A stretch of 64,000 nucleotides of DNA from IMG/VR virus record IMGVR_UViG_3300025789_000018, one strand, 5' to 3'. This document shows positions 28,403 to 35,643 of this stretch, one piece after another. Source of the DNA: a virus (Duplodnaviria; Caudoviricetes). The notes under the pieces are model-generated. The model was not told where the DNA came from, did not search any database, and saw nothing but the letters and a program-made list of their open reading frames with translations. The first letter of the stretch is position 1. Each line of letters starts with the position of its first letter. Position numbers and translations under genes: made by a program.

Positions 28403-28753
28403 ATGAAGCCACTCATTCACGCTAAAGTTTCGGTAAAACGTCATGGTGGTTGTGTAGAAGATTATCTGCCCATTCACAACTTTATCGACTCATCAAAGAT
28501 TTCTATGCCAGATGTACGCCACCGTGCTATTCTGCATAGTTCATTTGGATGCTATCTCGCTGAACAGATGTTCGGTACATACATCACCAATGCTCAAGGC
28601 AAAGATGTGTCTGTACGCGACATTGCAGAAGAACACATTCAAGAAGACTTGGGCTTCATTCCCACTATTGAAAACTGGTTAGAAGAGATTCCACTAAAGC
28701 CTTGGATGTCTGGTGGAGCAAAGAAGCGTCGTGAAGAAAGGCTAGTTGACTGA
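28403..28753 (+). CDS. conserved phage hypothetical protein (His-rich)
   Basis: PLIHAKVSVKRHGG, RHRAILHSSFG, RDIAEEHIQEDLGFIP. Confidence 0.8.
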   Translation: MKPLIHAKVSVKRHGGCVEDYLPIHNFIDSSKISMPDVRHRAILHSSFGCYLAEQMFGTYITNAQGKDVSVRDIAEEHIQEDLGFIPTIENWLEEIPLKPWMSGGAKKRREERLVD

Positions 28754-28832
28754 TGACTTATAGTAATCAAGAAATCTATGAAGTTACTCCCAAAGAAGTT
28801 GTGATTACCAAAACTGTTTATGAAAGGATTAA

Positions 28833-29411
28833 GTGATGAGTGCTTTTGATAATATTACCAAGAAGATCGCTGAAAAGAACTCTGAAATCGATGCGCTTAA
28901 GAAGGCGTACATGAAGGAACTTCAGTCGTCATTCAATGAAATCATCAAGTTGTTCTTTGAGGAATGCCCCAAGGTTCAGGCTGTTGTTTGGTCGCAGTAC
29001 ACTCCATACTTCAACGATGGTGAAGAATGTGTATTCAGCATCAACGAACCGCATTTTATTGTTGAAGGCTTCGATCCTGATGATCTGAAGGATCCTTATG
29101 AATACGAAGATGATGATGAATACAAGACTTTGCAGTATAGCAGTTATCAGACTCTTGAAGAAATCCTGATTCGTTATAAAAATGAACTTGCTAAGCCACA
29201 TGTAAGCGATTGGGTTAAAGGATACTATCCAACGTATATTGCTCAAGTCGAAAAGCAGTTTGAAGAATTTCCTGAATACCACAATAAGATTTTGACGTTT
29301 GTTAAGTTGCTGAACGATAATGAAGATGTACTGCAGGAAGTCTACGGCGATCACGTTGCTGTCTACCTGACTCCAGAAAAGGTTATCGTTGAGGAATATA
29401 GTCACGATTAA
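28833..29411 (+). CDS. conserved phage hypothetical protein
   Basis: WSQYTPYFNDGEECVF motif; acidic. Confidence 0.8.
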   Translation: MMSAFDNITKKIAEKNSEIDALKKAYMKELQSSFNEIIKLFFEECPKVQAVVWSQYTPYFNDGEECVFSINEPHFIVEGFDPDDLKDPYEYEDDDEYKTLQYSSYQTLEEILIRYKNELAKPHVSDWVKGYYPTYIAQVEKQFEEFPEYHNKILTFVKLLNDNEDVLQEVYGDHVAVYLTPEKVIVEEYSHD

Positions 29412-29414
29412 GGG

Positions 29415-29442
29415 TTGACATTTTTAGCGAATCGTATATAGT
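29415..29442 (+). promoter_or_regulatory. sigma70-type early promoter TTGACA-N8-GAATC-N3-TATAGT
   Basis: ttgaca tttttagc gaatc gta tatagt. Confidence 0.85.
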
Positions 29443-29529
29443 GGGAATATAGAGAGCGAACGAGTGGTCTTTCGCAGATTGGCAGTCGCCTAAGTGGACC
29501 TCGCTCTCATATTTTTTTGGAGATTCGCT

Positions 29530-29745
29530 ATGAAAGTTTTTGGTGCTGCTCTGTTCATTTTCGGCGGTCTTCTGATTGCTGGTTCTGCCAGTGCTGATGA
29601 TTACTGGGAAGCATGTCGCCACGCTGTAGATTGTGTTGCAGGTGATCCTCCCAGTGGTCTAGTACAAATCGCTGAGTTGACTTTTGGATTGATCTTTGCT
29701 ATCGTTGGATGTCGTTTTCTGATGCTTGGCTTTGATCAAGACTAA
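29530..29745 (+). CDS. small two-TM membrane protein (71 aa)
   Basis: MKVFGAALFIFGGLLIAGSASADD...FGLIFAIVGCRFLML; GGAG SD. Confidence 0.65.
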   Translation: MKVFGAALFIFGGLLIAGSASADDYWEACRHAVDCVAGDPPSGLVQIAELTFGLIFAIVGCRFLMLGFDQD

Positions 29746-29769
29746 TAAATATATCTATTAGAGGAGGTC

Positions 29770-29937
29770 ATGATGTTGGTTAAGCAGTATTCTCTACCTA
29801 CTTTTAAACAAGGATATCGTGCTATCTCCAATACACGAAGCGAACTTATGAAACGATATCGTGCTGGTCAGAAGTTGGATGTCGAAGAGAAAGACTGGCT
29901 GGACTGGTCTGATATCGCGCTGGATCAAACTAACTAA
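29770..29937 (+). CDS. small hypothetical protein (55 aa)
   Basis: Not in track. GAGGAGG SD; MMLVKQYSLPTFKQGYRAISNTRSELMKRYRAGQKLDVEEKDWLDW... Confidence 0.65.
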   Translation: MMLVKQYSLPTFKQGYRAISNTRSELMKRYRAGQKLDVEEKDWLDWSDIALDQTN

Positions 29938-29944
29938 GCTTTAT

Positions 29945-30023
29945 GCGCTGGTATGCCGCCTGACTTCTAATCAGGAGAAAGCTAACTGGACACATGGGGG
30001 TTCGAATCCCTCCCAGCGCGCCA
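29945..30023 (+). tRNA. tRNA-Arg(UCU)-like RNA lacking a D-arm
   Basis: GCGCTGG/CCAGCGC acceptor stem, CCTGA-CTTCTAA-TCAGG anticodon arm, GGGGG-TTCGAAT-CCCTC T-arm, GCCA end; only 7 nt where the D-arm should be. Confidence 0.75.
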
Positions 30024-30051
30024 GATTCTATATTCAATATTTCTTAGGGCT

Positions 30052-30261
30052 TTGATTATGATTGAAGGGTTGAACTTATGTATTCGAAGCACCGAAACTA
30101 TCAATAAAGGCATGGGCGGAAGAGATATGCCTTTGTATTATCTTAAAAAGTGTAAGACTGCACTTGAAGTTGCGACAGTCGCATTAGAAGAAGCATATGC
30201 TTCTGATGATGCAACAGAAATGCGACATATCATTTCTAATGCTCTGGAAGCTTTAAAGTGA
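30052..30261 (+). CDS. hypothetical protein (69 aa), 3' end overlaps a tRNA
   Basis: ORF in track; weak SD. Confidence 0.45.
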   Translation: MIMIEGLNLCIRSTETINKGMGGRDMPLYYLKKCKTALEVATVALEEAYASDDATEMRHIISNALEALK

Positions 30262-30314
30262 AGCCAGCCGCTCATAACGGCTAGAAGGCGGGGCAGTACC
30301 GTCACGGAGTACCA
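30241..30314 (+). tRNA. tRNA with CAU anticodon (Ile2 or Met), non-canonical
   Basis: GCTT/AAGC D-stem, AGCCG-CTCATAA-CGGCT anticodon arm, GGCGG-GGCAGTA-CCGTC T-arm, ACCA end; 74 nt. Confidence 0.7.
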
Positions 30315-30331
30315 AAAAAGAAAGTTTGTAA

Positions 30332-30408
30332 GGACCCTTAGCTTAGTAGGCTAAAGCATTCGACTTTTAATCGAAAGATCCTGGGTTCGAGTCCCAGAGG
30401 GTCCACCA
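30332..30408 (+). tRNA. tRNA-Lys (UUU)
   Basis: Canonical 77-nt cloverleaf, TTCGA-CTTTTAA-TCGAA, encoded CCA. Confidence 0.95.
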
Positions 30409-30571
30409 AACTAAGTGAAGGTAATTTATGATCAAGATCATACTTGTTGTGATGTTAATTTCGGTTGCAATAGCTATCATCAACGGTATATGTGATAAGG
30501 ATGATAATACTGCTGGTTGGAGTTAGCAACAAGGATACTGGTGAAAATCCAGGCGGGTCCACCAATTTAAT

Positions 30572-30646
30572 GCGCGATTAACTCAGCGGTAGAGTGCTGT
30601 CCTGACTCGACAGATGCCGGAAGTTCGATCCTTCCATCGCGCACCA
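30572..30646 (+). tRNA. tRNA-Val (GAC)
   Basis: 75-nt cloverleaf, CTGTC-CTGACTC-GACAG, A73, encoded CCA; unusual U37. Confidence 0.85.
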
Positions 30647-30649
30647 ATA

Positions 30650-31231
30650 TTATTGTGAAACTCTAAAAGCAGAACTTACACCCAAGGTAAACTTGTGTTC
30701 GCTATAGCCAATGTCAAACTGTAGATTCTGTTTCTTAGGTGGAACCCATGAAACATAGATGCCAGTTTTGACCTTTGTGTCATAGTAGACAGAAGGCATG
30801 ATTGTAAGTGTATCTGTTGGTGTAAAGTTGTATTCAGTCACATATGTCTGTGAATGTTTAGCAATCTGAACATCTGTACCAAAGTAAAAGTATTTGTTAA
30901 AAACATACTTTGATGGCACTTCAATGAAAACACCATTGTTATTATCGTATCCTAGCTTGGCTGATAAGTCAAACTTGTGATTATAAATGATAGCATACTT
31001 TGCACCAAAGCTGGTGTTATCTTTGGATACTTCTAAGTCCTTTGCAATAGCCATTCTAAACTCATAACCATCAGTACCTATTTCAGCCTGAAAAGTTTTA
31101 AGTGGAATGACGTCAGCATCGATACCTACGCCTGGTCTATCAGCATTGATCTGTTGATCTTCCGCGAGTGCTGGAGCAGAGAACAGAAGTGTTAGTGCTA
31201 CTATTACTGCTTTTGTTCTACGTAGCCACAT
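30650..31231 (-). CDS. secreted/outer-membrane beta-barrel-like protein
   Basis: Signal peptide ending ALA|ED, INADRPG motif, alternating aromatic beta strands, C-terminal LGVSSAF. Confidence 0.6.
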   Translation of the reverse strand: MWLRRTKAVIVALTLLFSAPALAEDQQINADRPGVGIDADVIPLKTFQAEIGTDGYEFRMAIAKDLEVSKDNTSFGAKYAIIYNHKFDLSAKLGYDNNNGVFIEVPSKYVFNKYFYFGTDVQIAKHSQTYVTEYNFTPTDTLTIMPSVYYDTKVKTGIYVSWVPPKKQNLQFDIGYSEHKFTLGVSSAFRVSQ

Positions 31232-31566
31232 CCTGCTTTGTCCTCATGGAGTGATGTTAGTTCGACATGCATTGCTTTGATTTCAGCAAACTCGGCCAAG
31301 ATCGTTTCGTGATCTTGCTGGCTTCTAGCTTCTGTCTTTCTGGCTTGAACTTCTTGACCTACCATGATTACACTAAGTAGAACTAGTTGAAGAAATGTCT
31401 GTGCGATCCATGAGATTGTAGCTGCAAGCCCAGCGTGAATAGCGTCTGGTAGACTGATTAGAGCCAACAAAGCAAACGCATAAGCACACCACATGGTGCC
31501 TACTGTATCTGTAAGGGTCACTGCAACCATGTCGTTGAACTTAGTGATGTTATCTTTGATAGACAT
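31204..31566 (-). CDS. membrane protein (DUF1003-like)
   Basis: Two TM segments, WIAQTFLQLVLLSVIMVGQ. Confidence 0.6.
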   Translation of the reverse strand: MSIKDNITKFNDMVAVTLTDTVGTMWCAYAFALLALISLPDAIHAGLAATISWIAQTFLQLVLLSVIMVGQEVQARKTEARSQQDHETILAEFAEIKAMHVELTSLHEDKAGCGYVEQKQ

Positions 31567-31611
31567 GATTATACTCCCTTTTTATTATTATTTATGATTT
31601 AGAGAGTTTGT

Positions 31612-31696
31612 GCGGGCGTGGGGGAATTGGTAGACCCGCGAGACTTAAAATCTTGTTGCTTCGGCAGTGCTGGTTCGATTCCAGTCGCCCGTACCA
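31612..31696 (+). tRNA. tRNA-Leu (UAA)
   Basis: 85 nt, CGAGA-CTTAAAA-TCTTG, long variable arm with TTCG loop, encoded CCA. Confidence 0.95.
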
Positions 31697-31712
31697 AATA
31701 AGTAACGAATAC

Positions 31713-31786
31713 TGCCCTTTCGTCTAATGGTAGGACCACGCCCTTTGAAGGCGTTAATCTTGGTTCGAATCCAAGCGGAGCATCCA
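31713..31786 (+). tRNA. tRNA-Gln (UUG)
   Basis: ACGCC-CTTTGAA-GGCGT, canonical T-arm, encoded CCA; the acceptor stem has two mismatches. Confidence 0.8.
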
Positions 31787-31795
31787 AAGTTTAAA

Positions 31796-31827
31796 GGGGA
31801 GTAGTTTTGCTACTCCCCCTTTTTTTA
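31796..31827. terminator. bidirectional intrinsic terminator
   Basis: GGGGAGTAG/CTACTCCCC stem with a T-run on plus and an A-rich flank, between convergent transcription units. Confidence 0.85.
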
Positions 31828-32604
31828 TTTACGGATTGTCCAAGCGTCTGTAGCTAACTTGGGATCTTCTAGATATCTTGCTGGAATCCAGAAGTGGCCA
31901 TCGTCGCCCCAGTCTGTTCCCCAAGAGTTGCGTACTTCATAGTATGGTTCTACTTTACCATCTGCACCATGCGCACTAGGATCAAAGTTATTATCATAAC
32001 CAATGACTGTGACAGCATGACCACCTAAGCATTGTGTCCAGTATTCTGGCATTGCAATAACACCAGATTGTGCAACTTCTGGCGATTCAAAGTCTTGATA
32101 GATTTGAATGCCAATAATGAATGGGAATCCATCAGATAGACATTGACGATATTCGATACCACTACCATCTGCTAGAGATGAGTAAGCAGAAATCTTGTTC
32201 TCCAATGCTTCTTGAACTTCGATTGCAGGAGGAGCAACAGCGAACTTTGAGATATCGTATGGCCAATCTTTTTCTAGACCAACACCTTGTAGATTTAGAA
32301 CCTTGATTGCATCGCGAAGAAATGCACCAGAGTCATGCTCGACTGTGCCTTCTAGAACTCGCTCTTGATAATAAAGTGCTAGTCTTGAATATGGACCACC
32401 ATCATGAACAAAGGTAAAGGCTGCTGTGGCTGCTTGTGCAGAACAAGAACCTAGTTCGCCTTGATCGTATGGCTTTTCTTTAAACTTGCTTCTAAGACTG
32501 ACCTTATCTGGTAAAGGTGCAGCTTTAGGAGCATGAATCGCACTAAACTTCCAGTCTCTAGGATCATATGGGTCTTTAATGTAACCATATTTTCTGGTAG
32601 GCAT
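31825..32604 (-). CDS. papain-like C1 cysteine peptidase
   Basis: DQGELGSCSA (Gln/Cys), GGHAV (His), RNSWG (Asn). Confidence 0.9.
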   Translation of the reverse strand: MPTRKYGYIKDPYDPRDWKFSAIHAPKAAPLPDKVSLRSKFKEKPYDQGELGSCSAQAATAAFTFVHDGGPYSRLALYYQERVLEGTVEHDSGAFLRDAIKVLNLQGVGLEKDWPYDISKFAVAPPAIEVQEALENKISAYSSLADGSGIEYRQCLSDGFPFIIGIQIYQDFESPEVAQSGVIAMPEYWTQCLGGHAVTVIGYDNNFDPSAHGADGKVEPYYEVRNSWGTDWGDDGHFWIPARYLEDPKLATDAWTIRK

Positions 32605-32618
32605 GTGCTTTCCTTTTC

Positions 32619-34832
32619 TTATGACATCGCTTCCTGTGCGATGATGTGAACACCAACGTTTGCTGCGTTAGATCCTGTTGTAATAGCAACAGTCAACTGG
32701 TCAGTTAGGTTACCAGCAACAGTGTTATAGAGTGGGAAGAAATATGATAGATCGATTTCTTGTAGACCAGAACCACCAGCAGGAGCAGTGAATGCGAACA
32801 CAACTTCACCACCTGTCATCGCTGTAGCCGAAACGTCTCTCATTGCAAACGAGTAGTTTGACCCAAGACCGATAGAGTTTACAGTAGCACCATTAGCGAA
32901 TGTAATACCATTTGCCTGTGTGATTGTACCAGCAGTTGTGTTTGATGTTGTGGTGTTTGCTAGTGTGTAGAACTGCGCACCAGTCAATAGAATAGGGCTT
33001 GAAGTTGTTGACGTAATCAACTCAACAATACACTGAGCATCGGCTGATAGATACATCTTCTTTGGTAGTAGCTGACCACGATTGATTAGACCAATCTGGA
33101 AAGGAGTACCAGTCATGGATGCAGTATTTGCAATAGGTGCACCAGTGATAATATTGCCATATGTAATGACTGTTGAGTTACTTGAAGTGATACGTCCAGT
33201 TAACCCTGTGTTACTTGTTCCTTGTGCAGGAAAGTAAATGTGGCGACCAGTAAATGTATTGTTAGTATACGTGTTGACTTGTGCACCTGTTTGTGTTACA
33301 GTAGCAGGAGCAGATAGTGTATATGCTGTTGTGTTCACAAAAGATGTAACTGTAGTAGCAGGAATGCCCGTTAAGTTTGACGTAACTGTTTGCCCAACAT
33401 AAACGTTTGCTGTACTACCAGAAGTGATAACAACAATATTATTACCAGAAGTATAGTTACCGATCAATGATGATGTTTGAACACCATCAAATGAGGTATT
33501 TGCTGTTGTAAAATAAAGTGTTGAGTTTGTGCTTGTCGAGTTGATAGCATTAAATGTTGAGTTACCACTCATTTCGATAGTTGCCATTGGGCGACTTGCC
33601 ATAGTAAGAACAGGATAACGAGCAGTAGATCCAGAAATCGTTCTCTTAGGTGCAGTGTTTGCCATACCATATGGATATGTAAAGCCGCGTTGGTCATCTT
33701 GTCCGCCTTCAATAACAACAGAAACACCATAGTGAAACATATCGTTCTGTGAAGCAGTTACGCCAATATTGCGCTGTTCATAACGAACTGGAAGGTTACC
33801 AGTACGTGACCATGGGCTTTCTTGTGCTGGAATAACAATATTTCCAGTTTGTGGATTTGTCGTATTGATCGGACCTTTATTGCCGAAACCGATGTAATGT
33901 AGAACAATCCATTCACCATTGATGACTACACCCCAGCGTACCATACCAGCCCCGTACCAAGTATATTCTTGCCAGATCATCTGAATACGTGACCAATCAA
34001 GAGAGTTGATTGTAGCTTGATCACCATTCCATGCTGGAAGAGGAACGCGATAGTCTGTTGGAACACCTGCGTTGGTGCCGTGATTTACTACACCTGCTTG
34101 ATTGACATCTGAGCGAACGACACAAAACATACCAAATGGATTGGCTTGTGTTGTGAACTGATAGCTGGTACCAGTTGTCGTTGAAGTTGTTGGTGAACTG
34201 ATAGCAACTGCGGTACTATTGATGATATTTTGCACAACTGTTGTATATGGAATGTTTAATGTTCCATTAGTATCTTTAACAGTAACACTTGGATTGATGT
34301 TTGGTCCAGTTACTGGCATACCAATGTACATAGTAGCAGTGCTTGACAAACCAGTAATAAGATTTGAGTTTGCTGTACTGTTACCGGTAAATGCCGTAAT
34401 AGAGTTTGCATACACAGGATCACCTTGTTCCAGGAACACACCATTGCCATCATCGAAGAAACCTACGCGCTGGCGCTGATTTGTCTGTGCTGCACCAAAG
34501 TTCATAGCAGTTGACATGATCATAGTCTTGCCTGGCTGATAACGATGATATGGGCGTGTCTGGCGAATAGTTACATCACCACTTGCTGTGCCGAGACGCA
34601 TACGAACACCACCAGAACCTGGTAGTTGCTGAATAGAAGAGTTGCCTGAAGGACTAATAACATAGTTTTCCCAGCGCATTGGCTGCGCGCCATATTCAAA
34701 GTCTGCTTCGTAAATATTCTGGTGACGCGAAGTGCGAACGCGCCCTAGATTGTCCATCGAACCAAAAGTTGGTTTAGACGAGATACCTACTGGCTGAATT
34801 ACAGAGTTGTTTGCTGGTGTTTTAAATGTCAT
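32619..34832 (-). CDS. large virion structural protein (putative)
   Basis: Beta-rich Thr/Asn/Gly protein; late promoter at 34871; AGGAG SD before ATG 34832. Confidence 0.65.
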   Translation of the reverse strand: MTFKTPANNSVIQPVGISSKPTFGSMDNLGRVRTSRHQNIYEADFEYGAQPMRWENYVISPSGNSSIQQLPGSGGVRMRLGTASGDVTIRQTRPYHRYQPGKTMIMSTAMNFGAAQTNQRQRVGFFDDGNGVFLEQGDPVYANSITAFTGNSTANSNLITGLSSTATMYIGMPVTGPNINPSVTVKDTNGTLNIPYTTVVQNIINSTAVAISSPTTSTTTGTSYQFTTQANPFGMFCVVRSDVNQAGVVNHGTNAGVPTDYRVPLPAWNGDQATINSLDWSRIQMIWQEYTWYGAGMVRWGVVINGEWIVLHYIGFGNKGPINTTNPQTGNIVIPAQESPWSRTGNLPVRYEQRNIGVTASQNDMFHYGVSVVIEGGQDDQRGFTYPYGMANTAPKRTISGSTARYPVLTMASRPMATIEMSGNSTFNAINSTSTNSTLYFTTANTSFDGVQTSSLIGNYTSGNNIVVITSGSTANVYVGQTVTSNLTGIPATTVTSFVNTTAYTLSAPATVTQTGAQVNTYTNNTFTGRHIYFPAQGTSNTGLTGRITSSNSTVITYGNIITGAPIANTASMTGTPFQIGLINRGQLLPKKMYLSADAQCIVELITSTTSSPILLTGAQFYTLANTTTSNTTAGTITQANGITFANGATVNSIGLGSNYSFAMRDVSATAMTGGEVVFAFTAPAGGSGLQEIDLSYFFPLYNTVAGNLTDQLTVAITTGSNAANVGVHIIAQEAMS

Positions 34833-34904
34833 GAAAATCTCCTGGTACACGCATAAGTCATTTGATACTGTATTTATATCAACAGATCATTAGACATAAA
34901 GAAA

Positions 34905-34930
34905 GGGGGAGAACCTTTCGATTCTCCCCC
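34905..34930 (-). terminator. intrinsic terminator downstream of gp23 and the endonuclease
   Basis: GGGGGAGAA/TTCTCCCCC 9-bp stem followed by TTTCTTT on the minus strand. Confidence 0.8.
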
Positions 34931-34964
34931 GAAGGTTTGTAATATATTTTATGTTATAGATTAC

Positions 34965-35558
34965 TTATGTAGATTCGACTTTTGATTTTCTAATCTGTTT
35001 GTATCCTGGTGTATTGCCACGTTGCTTTCTGCCTTCAGCGTATGCAAGTTTCAAAGATTCAGATTTCTTTCTCTTGGTTTCTTCTGATTGCTTTTTGCCT
35101 TTTTGTGCATTGCTCATATTAACAAGCATCTCTGGTGTTTTGATGTATGATCGAGAACGTTTAGTTTCTTTGATTTTATCTTTTACTTCCTGTGGTCTAG
35201 GTCCGTTTGATTTGCCTGTTTTGGCTTCTGATATCTTTTGACCCACTGTTTTTATTTTATCTTCCTCTGTTGTCCAATGTCCGTTTAAATGTTTTGTTAA
35301 GTTGTAATACTTTTTGCCAAGTTGATCGTCTGGTATCATCGTTAGATATTCATGTTCTATGTTTAACAAATCTTGACGATTTGTATATACTCTGATGATG
35401 ATTCTGCGTTTGAAGTCCCTCTTTCTTCTATTATAGGAGTTTCTCATCCACGTAGAACTACAGATGTAGCTGTCATCTTCTTTGCCCCAATGAGAACCAA
35501 TGTAATATCTTTTGTGCTTACGATCAAACCAAATGTAAACGAAACCATATTTCTGCAT
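34965..35558 (-). mobile_element. GIY-YIG homing endonuclease downstream of gp23
   Basis: YGFVYIWFDRKHKRYYIGSHWG, YICSS, EHEYL, YYNL, NUMOD3-like repeats. Confidence 0.85.
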
Positions 35559-35643
35559 ACAAAAATGCTCCCTTGATGTTATCGCGGGAGCATTAATGCT
35601 ACTTTAGAATACTCTCGCAAGAGTATTTATATAAAGTGTATTT

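Noticed and set aside
29861-30055. ORF-track protein MLVRSWMSKR...
   Set aside because: It overlaps a better-supported ORF (29770..29937, strong SD) and runs through the tRNA-Arg-like gene.
30429-30527. 32-aa hydrophobic ORF between tRNA-Lys and tRNA-Val
   Set aside because: Plausible (GAAGG SD) but too short, with no independent support; not listed as a feature.
31599-31787. ORF-track protein MDAPLGFEPRLT...
   Set aside because: It is the antisense translation of tRNA-Leu and tRNA-Gln.
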